DNA of 61,069 bases from a virus (IMGVR_UViG_3300032315_000228:1-61069), one strand, 5' to 3'; positions 16,360 through 25,341 are shown, counted from the stretch's first letter. Translations and numbers: made by a program. Notes: generated by a model from the letters alone, not told the origin.

Positions 16360-18857
16360 TTAGTTGGCCTCTCCTTTTGTTGTTGGTTCTGTGTGGCTTG
16401 TCTAACCAAGTCCATACCCATTTGCTGACGTTGCCGTTGCAACGCCCCAGCTTGAGACATTGCGCTGTTCTGCTCTGACTTTTTCTGCTGTTTAAGCTGG
16501 CCGGTTTTGGCCAATGCATCAATCTGAAGCTTCTTGTTGTTTTGTTTGGCTTGCTCCATCTTGGCCATTGCGTCCATCTGCAAGCGCTGTTGCTCAAGCT
16601 GCAATTTGCCTTGGACTTCTTGGCCTTTTATCTGCACCTCTTGCTGGCGCAACTGCAACTCTTGTTGCTGCATCTGGAGCACGGGGTCTTGCGCTTGCTG
16701 TTGAGCTTGTTGCTGTGCAGCCTGTGCTTGGTTCTGTTGAAGCACTTGGGCCGCGGCTTGCGCCATCATGGATGACAACGCCATCTCAACTTCAGGAGAC
16801 ATCTTCTCGCCCTCGGGAGGCAGAGGCATACCCATCTGTTGTTCAATCTTCTGACGGTAAGCAAACCCTACGTGCTCGGCAACGTGCGCCATCACTGCGC
16901 CTTGGATTTGCTGCGCCTTGGGGTTTTGCCCAATCAACTGCATGACGATGGGGTCTTGCATAGCCATCATATGAACTTTTATATGGGACTCGTGATCTTG
17001 ATAGAAGAAAGCTTTTAACGGCTCTAAGCGCAGTGCAGCCATGTTCTCAGACACGGGGTCTTTCGGCTTCTGGTCGTCCGGCAGGGGAACGAGCTTATCG
17101 GCGTCCTTGATACCCAACACCTCCAACATGTTGCGGTGCAACTGCGGCAGGTCATAAATATCCGGAGCCATCTGCGCCATCTGGATGACGGCTTGGTACT
17201 GCACAACCCGCTGGCTCATTGTGGCCGCGTTGGGGTCGCTCACGGGGATGATGTCGATGTGGTCGTAGTCTGACTGTTTAGCCCTGCGTGGGGCATCAAT
17301 GGGGTCGTAGTCGTAGTCTGGGTCGGTGTAGTCGCGGATGATCGCAGCCAACAGGCGCAGCTCTTGCTTAAAGGTGTAGTGCAGACGGGCCTGCACAGCA
17401 GACATAACCTTAAGCTGTCGCTCCAAAAGAGCCAGTGTCGTACCCACAGGAGCCTGTGCAGACATGTCCGACACGTTCATATCCGCTGTTGCGGCAAAAC
17501 GACGGCCCTCTTCTACGATCTTGTCCATCAGTCCGGCTAGGACAACGCTGGGTTCCTTGTAGGGTAAGGGCAGGATGCTGTCACGCAACGCCCCAGACGC
17601 AATGTCTACGTCTCGCCATTCTCCGGGAGCGATGGGGGTGTCGTCTCCCTTAATGCGCATTCCGCGAGTCTTAAGACCTCCGGGTAAGTTAGAAAGCGTC
17701 CCAGCATCGACGAGCTGACGCATGATACTGGTGGCTGACCTAGCGTATCCACCGATGAGGTGGAACAAGCCAAAGCCGTAGGCTCCAAAGCCGGGGATGT
17801 ACTGGTAGTGAACAAAGTGCTGGCGCTTGAGTCTGAGTGGGTCATCTTGGTTCCAGTTCCGCCGAATAGACAAGACATCATTGCTTCCTTTTATTAGGGT
17901 AACTACGTATGGCTGCATTACGCCGGTAGGTTCACCGTCGTCGTCTTTATCCTCATCGCCTTCAAGCACCAAGTCAACATGGCACTCATACAGGGTGTAG
18001 CGCTCGTCGTTTATATCGGAGAAGCCAGTTTCTTTATCCTTGGCCTGCTTGATGTCGTCCCGATCTTTGCTGGGGTCAGGCAACTCAATGTCGCGGTAAA
18101 AGCCTGCTTGCTGGAGCTTGATGATCTCGTTCTTGGTCTTGCGCATAACATGCGTCAAGCGGTAGCAAGTATCTAAATCGGTCGTTCCGTAGGGCAGAAT
18201 AATGTCTTCCGCTGGTATGAACACAGATACTTGACGTCCCAAATTGGGATCAAAATAAACTTTCTTAAACGCTGAACCGGTAGCTGGCAAGCTCCACAAC
18301 ATGCGCTCATGCTCAGGGCGGAACTCACGCATAACTTCTGTCAACTCATAGTTCATGTCAGCCTCGACACGTACCGCCGCCTCTTGTTTCTCAGGAGTCT
18401 CTTTACCAATTATTTTTGTACGCACTGGGCCTGCGGCTGGAAACTGCTCAGTGATTGTTTCTGACTGGAACCTTACAACCGCTTCTGTAATCATGGGATG
18501 GAACACGCCGCAAGCGCCGTTCCAAGGTTCTGTTCTCTCTTCATACTGAAGGCCGAGGAGTTTGAGTCCTTCTGTGTAGGCCTTCTCCCAATCTTTGCGT
18601 GAGCCTTTATCTTGTTCAACGTCTCCTGCCAAATCTCCCGCCAGTGCAGACAGCGCACCATCGTCCATGTCCTCGGCCAAGTTCTTGTTGAAGTCGTCTT
18701 CGCCTTCGCCGGGGAGGATGCTTATCTCTAAGTCACCGGCGTGTATGTTGACCGCTTCAGGATCAATAATCTCAATCTCGATGGCATCTTCATCTTGTGC
18801 CAGTTCTTCCATGCCTTGGGGTTGCTGATATAAAGCTTTGTCTATATTGGTTGCCAT
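16356..18857 (-). CDS. Portal protein
   Basis: 833 aa after terL; PWNGACGVFHP, GSAFKKVYFD, GFGLFHLIGG, Gln-rich C-terminal coiled coil. Confidence 0.88.
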   Translation of the reverse strand: MATNIDKALYQQPQGMEELAQDEDAIEIEIIDPEAVNIHAGDLEISILPGEGEDDFNKNLAEDMDDGALSALAGDLAGDVEQDKGSRKDWEKAYTEGLKLLGLQYEERTEPWNGACGVFHPMITEAVVRFQSETITEQFPAAGPVRTKIIGKETPEKQEAAVRVEADMNYELTEVMREFRPEHERMLWSLPATGSAFKKVYFDPNLGRQVSVFIPAEDIILPYGTTDLDTCYRLTHVMRKTKNEIIKLQQAGFYRDIELPDPSKDRDDIKQAKDKETGFSDINDERYTLYECHVDLVLEGDEDKDDDGEPTGVMQPYVVTLIKGSNDVLSIRRNWNQDDPLRLKRQHFVHYQYIPGFGAYGFGLFHLIGGYARSATSIMRQLVDAGTLSNLPGGLKTRGMRIKGDDTPIAPGEWRDVDIASGALRDSILPLPYKEPSVVLAGLMDKIVEEGRRFAATADMNVSDMSAQAPVGTTLALLERQLKVMSAVQARLHYTFKQELRLLAAIIRDYTDPDYDYDPIDAPRRAKQSDYDHIDIIPVSDPNAATMSQRVVQYQAVIQMAQMAPDIYDLPQLHRNMLEVLGIKDADKLVPLPDDQKPKDPVSENMAALRLEPLKAFFYQDHESHIKVHMMAMQDPIVMQLIGQNPKAQQIQGAVMAHVAEHVGFAYRQKIEQQMGMPLPPEGEKMSPEVEMALSSMMAQAAAQVLQQNQAQAAQQQAQQQAQDPVLQMQQQELQLRQQEVQIKGQEVQGKLQLEQQRLQMDAMAKMEQAKQNNKKLQIDALAKTGQLKQQKKSEQNSAMSQAGALQRQRQQMGMDLVRQATQNQQQKERPTK

Positions 18858-18865
18858 TTTTTACC

Positions 18866-20404
18866 TCAGTAGTACGCCGCAGAGCGACGTTTAAAAAATC
18901 GTGGTTCATCTGGCTCATCCGTGTCTAGCGTGATGAAGCCGCCTTGTCTGAATCGAAGTAGTGCTTGGCTGGTCGTGTCCACAAAGTCATCGTGTTCGCC
19001 AACTGGGAAGGCCGCAACCTCCTCAATCACTTCACGCGCCCAGCGTGTGTCAGGTGCCCACACCATACCAGAGGAGAACAAGTCCGCAATAGCCTGCACA
19101 CGCACCATCTTATCGTTTCCGCGGCTCGGTGTAAATTCTTGTACAGGGATACCCATCGCCCTAAGCTCTTGGATCAGTGGCCCACCTGCCGCCTTTTTCT
19201 CCACAATGAAGGCATCGGGTTGCCATTCTTTCCAATGCTTGAAGGCGACTTGTTTAAGTTCTGGGAATGGGATTCGGTCTTTGAAAGCGTCAAGGAGGAT
19301 AAGCTGGGGCTTGTCGTTCTCCTCTTCGTTGTACCAGACCCCCCAAGTAGTACAGGCAGAATAGTCGGAGGTTGTTTTGGTTTCATGCGCCGTGTCCCAT
19401 GACTGGATGATGTACTCACAAGTTGGTGGTGTGTCGCCCTCCCACATCCGCCAGTGCTTCCTTGAGATGATCGCCGCCGTATCCGAGGTAGGCTGCTGCA
19501 TATACTGCGCGTTCCAGTAGCGGGGATCCATTGAGGACTTGGCAGACTTCAGCGCTTCCAGCGGCCACTGCTCCGGCCAGAGGGATTTCTCTCTATCTGT
19601 GTTCTCGTTCAGGATGGCGGGAAGCTCAACAATCTCCCAGCGTGGGCTGTCGGGGTTGCTCACCTGATACTGTATGAGTCTGCCAGTTAAGTCCAGTGGC
19701 CCCCAGCGCGTCATGATTACTATGATCGCACCGCCCGGCATCAGACGTTGCAAAGGGCCCGTCTGGAACCAACTCCACGCCGTGTCAAACGCTAGACGAC
19801 TGTTTGCTTTTACGTCCTGTTCCGAGTGCGGGTCGTCGATAACAAAGAGATCAGCCCCGCGACCGGCAAGAGCACCACCAACACCAGCAGCGTAATACTG
19901 GCCCCCAGCAGCAGTACTCCACTTTCCAGCAGCTTTCTGGTCATCTGCAACAAGTGTCTGTGGAAATAGCTCATGGTATTGCTCATCATCAAGTAAGTTA
20001 CGAACCCGCCGACCAAAGTCTTCAGACAGCGATGCAGTGTGCGTCCCCATGATAATTTTCTTGTTAGGGTAATTACCTAGGAAGAACGCGGGGAACAGGT
20101 AAGACGAGAACTCGGACTTACCCATACGTGGGGCAATGTTGATAATTACTCTCTTCTTTTTACCCTCAATCACATCTTGAAATATCTTGGCCAGCTTCCT
20201 GTGGTGTGGCCCAACCTTAAATCCGGGGTAGACATACTTAGAAAACTCGATCATGTTAGTACGACCAGCGTTGACGTTGTAACGCTTCTCACGTTCTTCC
20301 AGCATCTCCATGAGCTCCACCTTCTCCGCCAAATTCATGGTGGGGAGAGCTTTCTGGATAGCCTGAATCTCAGTTGGACTCAGTGTCAGATCGTTCAGTT
20401 TCAT
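18866..20404 (-). CDS. terL: Terminase large subunit
   Basis: Walker A APRMGKS, Walker B FVIDD, YMQQP linker, nuclease SWDTA...HDDFVD. Confidence 0.95.
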   Translation of the reverse strand: MKLNDLTLSPTEIQAIQKALPTMNLAEKVELMEMLEEREKRYNVNAGRTNMIEFSKYVYPGFKVGPHHRKLAKIFQDVIEGKKKRVIINIAPRMGKSEFSSYLFPAFFLGNYPNKKIIMGTHTASLSEDFGRRVRNLLDDEQYHELFPQTLVADDQKAAGKWSTAAGGQYYAAGVGGALAGRGADLFVIDDPHSEQDVKANSRLAFDTAWSWFQTGPLQRLMPGGAIIVIMTRWGPLDLTGRLIQYQVSNPDSPRWEIVELPAILNENTDREKSLWPEQWPLEALKSAKSSMDPRYWNAQYMQQPTSDTAAIISRKHWRMWEGDTPPTCEYIIQSWDTAHETKTTSDYSACTTWGVWYNEEENDKPQLILLDAFKDRIPFPELKQVAFKHWKEWQPDAFIVEKKAAGGPLIQELRAMGIPVQEFTPSRGNDKMVRVQAIADLFSSGMVWAPDTRWAREVIEEVAAFPVGEHDDFVDTTSQALLRFRQGGFITLDTDEPDEPRFFKRRSAAYY

Positions 20405-20993
20405 TAGGTTCTTGTGTGTGAGTACTAACTTCTTCTATATCCTCAATAACATCGGCGTCTTGTACGCCCATGAACTTGGCCAGCTTGTCTTTGAGCTTGC
20501 GGTCGATCTCCTCATCCGTGAGGTCAGTTTTCTTAACTTCAATCTTGTCGGTGAACAACCCAACCTCAGTGACCTTACCTAGTAATCCCAACGCTTTTAG
20601 TCGGATATTAGCGCTGGGGTTTTCGCATTCTTCCAACAGTTTGGCAACTGTATAGCCACGAAGTTCTTTAGCTTGCTGCACAAACTCCCAGTCATAGGCA
20701 GTCAGCATCCCAACTAAATGCTGTACCGCAACCGGCGTTTTGATTTGCGCAAGATGTTCGTGCGTGATTTCACTTGGCGCTGAAGACACGAGGTTTGTAA
20801 AAGATGCCCGTGCTGCTTGAACTTCTGCGTTGCTGACTACTGTGTCTGTATCTGCGGCTCCTAAACTCTTGAGCCAGTCTGCTGTTTTTACTTTAGCGTC
20901 GATAGTGTCCGCCGGATGTTCTTTTTCAAGCGGCGTAGGTTTACCAGAGTGGGCAACCACTTCCGGTTCAAAATAAATAAGGTGATCTAACAT
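20370..20993 (-). CDS. Putative terminase small subunit
   Basis: Directly upstream of and overlapping terL; RLKALGLLGK...LFTDKIEV. Confidence 0.65.
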   Translation of the reverse strand: MLDHLIYFEPEVVAHSGKPTPLEKEHPADTIDAKVKTADWLKSLGAADTDTVVSNAEVQAARASFTNLVSSAPSEITHEHLAQIKTPVAVQHLVGMLTAYDWEFVQQAKELRGYTVAKLLEECENPSANIRLKALGLLGKVTEVGLFTDKIEVKKTDLTDEEIDRKLKDKLAKFMGVQDADVIEDIEEVSTHTQEPNETERSDTESN

Positions 20994-21008
20994 TGGCGCA
21001 TAAGTCCC

Positions 21009-21037
21009 TTGTACCTGCGATGCGCGGAGTGTATACT
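21009..21037 (+). promoter_or_regulatory. Sigma70-like promoter TTGTAC-17-TATACT driving the candidate sRNA
   Basis: Canonical spacing; overlaps a possible divergent late promoter (TTGCCC-18-TACACT, - strand). Confidence 0.65.
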
Positions 21038-21043
21038 ACTTTT

Positions 21044-21164
21044 TAAGTGATGGGCAAGTTGCGAATTGGCCTTTGGCCAACCGCAACAGCAGTTGCCGGT
21101 TGCTTCTCCTCGGTTGTTGGTTCGACCGTTTAGCCCCCTGATGAAAGTCAGGGGGTTTTTTTTT
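21044..21164 (+). ncRNA. Candidate anti-Shine-Dalgarno small RNA (~120 nt)
   Basis: Promoter; hairpin 21053-21097; unpaired GTTGCTTCTCCT 21099-21110; hairpin 21111-21128; terminator; no ORF with an SD. The 5' end is inferred. Confidence 0.7.
21133..21164 (+). terminator. Intrinsic terminator of the candidate sRNA
   Basis: GCCCCCTGA-TGAAAG-TCAGGGGGT followed by a T run. Confidence 0.9.
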
Positions 21165-21206
21165 GATTGAATACTTATTCTGCGGCTTTGTAAACTTAAA
21201 CTGTTT

Positions 21207-21222
21207 TGTCCAACGGTTTACA
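21207..21222. promoter_or_regulatory. Operator-like dyad TGTCCAACGGTTTACA (copy 1 of 3)
   Basis: Matches the consensus TGTCYAACNNTWKACA also seen at 29504 and 37851. Confidence 0.45.
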
Positions 21223-21477
21223 CAAATTTTTATAAAATTTTTTGGGGTGGGGCATTAGTTGTAAAGTACTAAATTGAGTTGTGGAGAATGGCTGGGGAAT
21301 AGTGTTCATATGGTGACGGGGGTACGCCCTGTATATGGGGGGATGGGGGGTAGGTGGGGTCTAAGGTTCTCAGTTTATACGGCTTTGTAGTACCCTCGAA
21401 TACCCCTTCCATACAATAGAGGTATCGGTTCGGGGCACTTTGCCTACGACGATACTCGTTCTTGAAAGGAACACACC

Positions 21478-21858
21478 ATGTTAAAAGCTAAAGCATTTCA
21501 GGCACTCGACCAATTCGCAAACGCAAGGGTCAAACTCATCGAGGGTATGCAAGCTGCGGGCTACGCAACGTCAGAGGAATGTAGACCCATTGTTATCGAG
21601 TGGGCTTGCAAGAAAACAGGCGCAGAGTTTCGAGTCGCAGAGTCATCGGGCGCAGTCAAGCTCGTGAGCAGTCACCCCAAGTATGAGACGGCAAAGACCG
21701 TAGTTCGTGACGTGATGCTCATGCTCGAGGGCACAACCCGCAGAGAGCAGGCATCGAGTGGCGCACGAGAGACTGACGCTGTGGCAGAGCTTGCCAAGAA
21801 GTATGCCAAGCTAACCAAGGCAGAGCAGAAACGCTTCATGCGCTTGGCTGGTCTGTAA
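21478..21858 (+). CDS. First early gene, hypothetical
   Basis: 126 aa, SD AAAGGAA, TACAAT box at 21412-21417. Confidence 0.8.
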   Translation: MLKAKAFQALDQFANARVKLIEGMQAAGYATSEECRPIVIEWACKKTGAEFRVAESSGAVKLVSSHPKYETAKTVVRDVMLMLEGTTRREQASSGARETDAVAELAKKYAKLTKAEQKRFMRLAGL

Positions 21859-21860
21859 TT

Positions 21861-21879
21861 TCGGGTCACGGTGACCCGA
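21861..21879. repeat. 19-bp palindrome TCGGGTCACGGTGACCCGA (copy 1 of 4)
   Basis: Perfect 9-1-9 dyad starting 3 nt after a stop codon. Confidence 0.9.
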
Positions 21880-21971
21880 TTTTTCTCAGGCGGTGTGACG
21901 GCGTTGTCCTACCGCTATTTCTTTTCCTGTCAAACACGAATCATTCTCATCATCATTCAAGGAGAAACACC

Positions 21972-22121
21972 ATGCACAAACTCATCAACGCATATCGCAA
22001 ACTGCCCTCACCATCAAACCGCGCCAAACTGCAAACCTACCTCAACAAGCACATGATGGCCGTGTGCCTTGCAACCCCCGAGGACATTGCGTTCCTCAAA
22101 GCCCACAACTTCAGCATCTAA
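21972..22121 (+). CDS. Hypothetical protein (49 aa, MHKLINAYRKLP...)
   Basis: SD AAGGAGAA; below the ORF-track cutoff. Confidence 0.75.
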   Translation: MHKLINAYRKLPSPSNRAKLQTYLNKHMMAVCLATPEDIAFLKAHNFSI

Positions 22122-22132
22122 GGAGAACCAAC

Positions 22133-22333
22133 ATGAACCCAAACAAATACACCAAGCACAGCAAAACCAAAATCGACACCCTCAAGCGACTGCGTGAGAT
22201 ACGAGACCAGATAGTCGAACGACTACCCGAGGGCAAGGACAAGAAAGCCCTACAAGCCAAGGCACGGCTACGCACAGACCTCGATGAATGGAACGCAGTT
22301 AAGCGTACCTGCACACAAATGAGGTTGCTTTAA
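22133..22333 (+). CDS. Hypothetical basic protein (MNPNKYTKH...)
   Basis: Start reassigned by SD AAGGAGAA. Confidence 0.7.
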   Translation: MNPNKYTKHSKTKIDTLKRLREIRDQIVERLPEGKDKKALQAKARLRTDLDEWNAVKRTCTQMRLL

Positions 22334-22340
22334 CCAAGAA

Positions 22341-22359
22341 TCGGGTCACGGTGACCCTA
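22341..22359. repeat. 19-bp palindrome copy 2, TCGGGTCACGGTGACCCTA
   Basis: One mismatch; just after the stop at 22333. Confidence 0.85.
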
Positions 22360-22739
22360 TTATTGAAAACGGGGGTCAAAATCTTGGCTTCCGTGATTTT
22401 CACAAGTATCCAAGCAGTCGGACAGCGTTTAGCCCAGCAACGGCGGGGATTTTTTAAAATTCAGTACTATTAATCTATGTTTTTATATATATTTATATAT
22501 AGGAGAGTTAGTCTGTATGCGTGCCCTGCCACGCAAGCGGAGAAAAACTTTTACTTTTAAGTTGGGGCTTTCTCCCCTTCAAAAACATAGATACTCAGTA
22601 CACTTTTTAAACAAACCCTTACGTCATGAGGCGTGGCGACTGTCCGATAGCGAAGATACTTTGCAAAATCACGGACAGCTTGTCCTGTTATTATCAACAC
22701 CTGTGATATAATGATTGATTTACACCCACGAGGCACACA

Positions 22740-23462
22740 ATGGAACACGAAGCACCCCTGCAATACCCCACGCTGATGAAGCTGAAGAAGCGTGAGCTTG
22801 CCAATCATTTATCCAAGCTACTCGATAAAGGGACACCACGCTTGGTCGTCAACGAGATGCGGGACACAGTACTGGCACAGAAAGAGAAGCTACGCCGACA
22901 ACGCATACACGAGGCACAGCAGAACATTTTATGGGGCGATGTATTAAAACCTTTGCAAGCCGAGCGCAGGAATGTGAGGGCATCCCTCAAGTACAAAGCG
23001 GATGACGACACCGATGCTAGGGTGCAGGCGTTTGAGGCGTATGCCGTGGTGCTGGCTGAGTTACATAACCGCATCAGCGGTATCAAGAACAGCGGTGAAT
23101 TCACACCCTCAACCTACGCCACCGAGAAGAACCTACCCAACCGAGGGTTGCACTGGTCTGACTTCATCCCTGTGCGTATCAAGAACCGCATCATTGAGCT
23201 GTTTGATGCCGTGCCACACACAGCCAAGGCAAGACGCAAGATACCCTTTGAGCGGGTAGTAACTGCCGACATACACGACAAGCGCAAGCGCAGACTGGTC
23301 AACCGCACGACCAAGGAACTGCTACACGCAAACCAAGACCATGCCCTATGTCCAACGCAGGACACGCAAGCAAAGGTCGACAAACTAAAGAAAGCCCTCG
23401 CCACCATCGAGGGATTAAACGACAACGAGCCTGTGCCTACCACTTGGCATGGGTTGTACTGA
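22740..23462 (+). CDS. Hypothetical helical protein (240 aa)
   Basis: SD GAGG; extended -10 TGaTATAAT at 22704-22712. Confidence 0.8.
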   Translation: MEHEAPLQYPTLMKLKKRELANHLSKLLDKGTPRLVVNEMRDTVLAQKEKLRRQRIHEAQQNILWGDVLKPLQAERRNVRASLKYKADDDTDARVQAFEAYAVVLAELHNRISGIKNSGEFTPSTYATEKNLPNRGLHWSDFIPVRIKNRIIELFDAVPHTAKARRKIPFERVVTADIHDKRKRRLVNRTTKELLHANQDHALCPTQDTQAKVDKLKKALATIEGLNDNEPVPTTWHGLY

Positions 23463-23465
23463 ATT

Positions 23466-23484
23466 TCGGGTCACAGTGACCCGA
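23466..23484. repeat. 19-bp palindrome copy 3, TCGGGTCACAGTGACCCGA
   Basis: Perfect dyad just after the stop at 23462. Confidence 0.9.
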
Positions 23485-23564
23485 TTTATGTGTGGCATTC
23501 CGTCAGGCGATGCCGCGCACCACCCCGAACCTAGCCTGACATTCGTAACCGAAGGAGAAAAGAA

Positions 23565-23801
23565 ATGAACAAGTATTGGTTTTTGAGAATAGGTATGGAC
23601 ACTGTTGAGGAAGCCCTGCGCTTTGCCAGCAAGCGAGACGCAGTCGCCGAGTACAGGCGTGTAGCCAACGAGTTGGCGCAGTATGGACAGGCAATAGATG
23701 CATCGCTACACATATCGCCAAGCCGTGCCGAGGTTGTCGAGTACCCCGACTTCGTACTCTCGCTGAACGAGAACGGCAGAGTTGTAACTGAACAAGCATA
23801 A
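23565..23801 (+). CDS. Hypothetical protein
   Basis: SD AAGGAGAA. Confidence 0.75.
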   Translation: MNKYWFLRIGMDTVEEALRFASKRDAVAEYRRVANELAQYGQAIDASLHISPSRAEVVEYPDFVLSLNENGRVVTEQA

Positions 23802-23812
23802 GGAGAAAAGAA

Positions 23813-24247
23813 ATGAGAGTAAGTGAACTGACAGGACACGCCCTTAACTGGGCGGTGGCGCAAGCCGAAGGTGACAAGGTGTACCGCCCACGCTTGGGTA
23901 GACCCGATAACTGGGACAAGGAAGCGTATCTCGCGGATGGGTCAGACGATAGGTGGGTTGTGCGTGTGCAGAACCCTAAAGTCGCGCACTTTGTGGACTG
24001 GACATACAGCCCCAGCAGTAGCTGGTGGCAAGGCGGGGCGATTGTTGAGCGGGAGGTGCCAATGCTGATGCGTACAAACGGCGGTGACTGGATTGCTCAA
24101 GGCAGTTACGACTTCGCCAACGACACAGAGGCGAAGAGGTACTACGGAAAGACGCTACTTGAAGCTGCCATGCGGTGCTATGTAGCAAGCAAGCTCGGCG
24201 ATGAAGTCGAGATACCCGAGGAGTTAACACAAGGAGAAAACAAATGA
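23813..24247 (+). CDS. DUF2591-like phage protein
   Basis: SELTGHALNWAVA...YSPSSSWWQGGAIVERE...LEAAMRCYVASKLGDEVEIP. Confidence 0.8.
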   Translation: MRVSELTGHALNWAVAQAEGDKVYRPRLGRPDNWDKEAYLADGSDDRWVVRVQNPKVAHFVDWTYSPSSSWWQGGAIVEREVPMLMRTNGGDWIAQGSYDFANDTEAKRYYGKTLLEAAMRCYVASKLGDEVEIPEELTQGENK

Positions 24248-24399
24248 GAGTACACGAACTGATAGCACTACTGAAAACAGTAGACCCTGAGTCCGAGGTG
24301 TTTGTGTGGGTAGACGGCGAGCGACACCCCGTGACAGAGATTGACCCCATCGACTGGTATGTAGACATCAACGCTGATACGAAAGAGAGGATGAAATGA
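24244..24399 (+). CDS. Hypothetical protein (51 aa, MRVHELIALLK...), paralogue of 25180..25341
   Basis: SD AAGGAGAA, ATGA overlap. Confidence 0.75.
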   Translation: MRVHELIALLKTVDPESEVFVWVDGERHPVTEIDPIDWYVDINADTKERMK

Positions 24400-24536
24400 A
24401 AGACGAACAAGTGCATTGCCTTAAGTGTGACCATGTGTGGAACGAGCAAGATTCACCTGACGCTTGCCCACATTGTGGCAACACCGACAAAGAGCAGACA
24501 GTTTATTTAACAACACCACAAGGAGAAAGCAAATGA
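24396..24536 (+). CDS. Zn-ribbon microprotein (46 aa; CLKC...CPHC)
   Basis: ATGA coupling on both sides. Confidence 0.7.
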   Translation: MKDEQVHCLKCDHVWNEQDSPDACPHCGNTDKEQTVYLTTPQGESK

Positions 24537-24724
24537 GAGCAAAAGCTGTATTGAGTCACATATTCCTGAGCCTCGTGCTCTACAACGCAATGGCGCTTGG
24601 CGCTAATCAGATGATGGAACAAGGCGGTGGATATCTATGGATGTTCATGGGTCTAGGTAGTGCGTTCCTGTTAGGGATGCAGGTTATGTTGGTAGTTATT
24701 GAATGTAAAGGAGAAACAGAATGA
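24533..24724 (+). CDS. Small two-helix membrane protein
   Basis: Start reassigned (SD AAGGAGAAAGCAA); two hydrophobic segments. Confidence 0.7.
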   Translation: MRAKAVLSHIFLSLVLYNAMALGANQMMEQGGGYLWMFMGLGSAFLLGMQVMLVVIECKGETE

Positions 24725-24936
24725 AGACAGTATCAATTGGGTTTATGCGTGACGATGGCGACCTTGCTTTGTTTGCCACATTGAACAACCTCGATGAGCA
24801 CATGAAGCAAGATGAATTCATGAAGTTAGTTAACAGCGTTGCGTCTGAGTTGTGTAGAGCAACAAGACAAGAAGTGCGGGTGCTCGAGAGAGATGATGCG
24901 CCTGACTATGTAGAACTTCAAGGAGAAACAGAATGA
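24721..24936 (+). CDS. Hypothetical protein
   Basis: SD AAGGAGAA, coupled. Confidence 0.75.
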   Translation: MKTVSIGFMRDDGDLALFATLNNLDEHMKQDEFMKLVNSVASELCRATRQEVRVLERDDAPDYVELQGETE

Positions 24937-25190
24937 AAGCAAGAATGAGAGATGACTTAGCAGAGGATGGGCTTGCTATCCCTGCGTTTGAGGATGTGCT
25001 TGAACATGAGCACTACGTAGGTGAGCACTACATCGGTGCTGAAGAGCTAGTCGGTGCTAAGTTGGAAGGCAACACCGAGAACTGCGATGACCCACGCTAC
25101 AACTACACACGACTGAGGTTGAAGGACAACAGGTTGTTGTACTTCGTTGGTGTTGATTTAGATTTTGAGGAGAAACAGAATGACAGTTAA
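24933..25190 (+). CDS. Hypothetical acidic protein
   Basis: SD AAGGAGAA, coupled. Confidence 0.75.
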   Translation: MKARMRDDLAEDGLAIPAFEDVLEHEHYVGEHYIGAEELVGAKLEGNTENCDDPRYNYTRLRLKDNRLLYFVGVDLDFEEKQNDS

Positions 25191-25341
25191 AGAACTGATT
25201 GAAGAGCTAAAGAAATACCCCGCTGACGCAGATGTGCAGTTATGGGTAGAAGGAGACCGATTCACAACGATAGATGTGGATGCCGAGTTCGTTGAGGAAT
25301 ACAACTACATAGAAATAAACGCAGGAGAAGACATAACATGA
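25180..25341 (+). CDS. Hypothetical protein (53 aa, MTVKELIEELKKYP...)
   Basis: SD GAGGAGAA; below the ORF-track cutoff. Confidence 0.75.
   Translation: MTVKELIEELKKYPADADVQLWVEGDRFTTIDVDAEFVEEYNYIEINAGEDIT

Noticed and set aside
21099-21111. GAGGAGAAGCAAC on the - strand as an ordinary RBS
   Set aside because: No ATG, GTG or TTG at usable spacing downstream, and the flanking promoter and terminator are oriented on the + strand
21138-21150. CTGATGA...GAAA resembling a hammerhead ribozyme core
   Set aside because: The two elements overlap with no stem II; the sequence is fully explained as a terminator stem-loop
23490-23545. HDV-like ribozyme or SAM-II/preQ1 riboswitch for the pseudoknot
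   Set aside because: Lacks the HDV P3/L3 element and the conserved ligand-binding nucleotides of those classes
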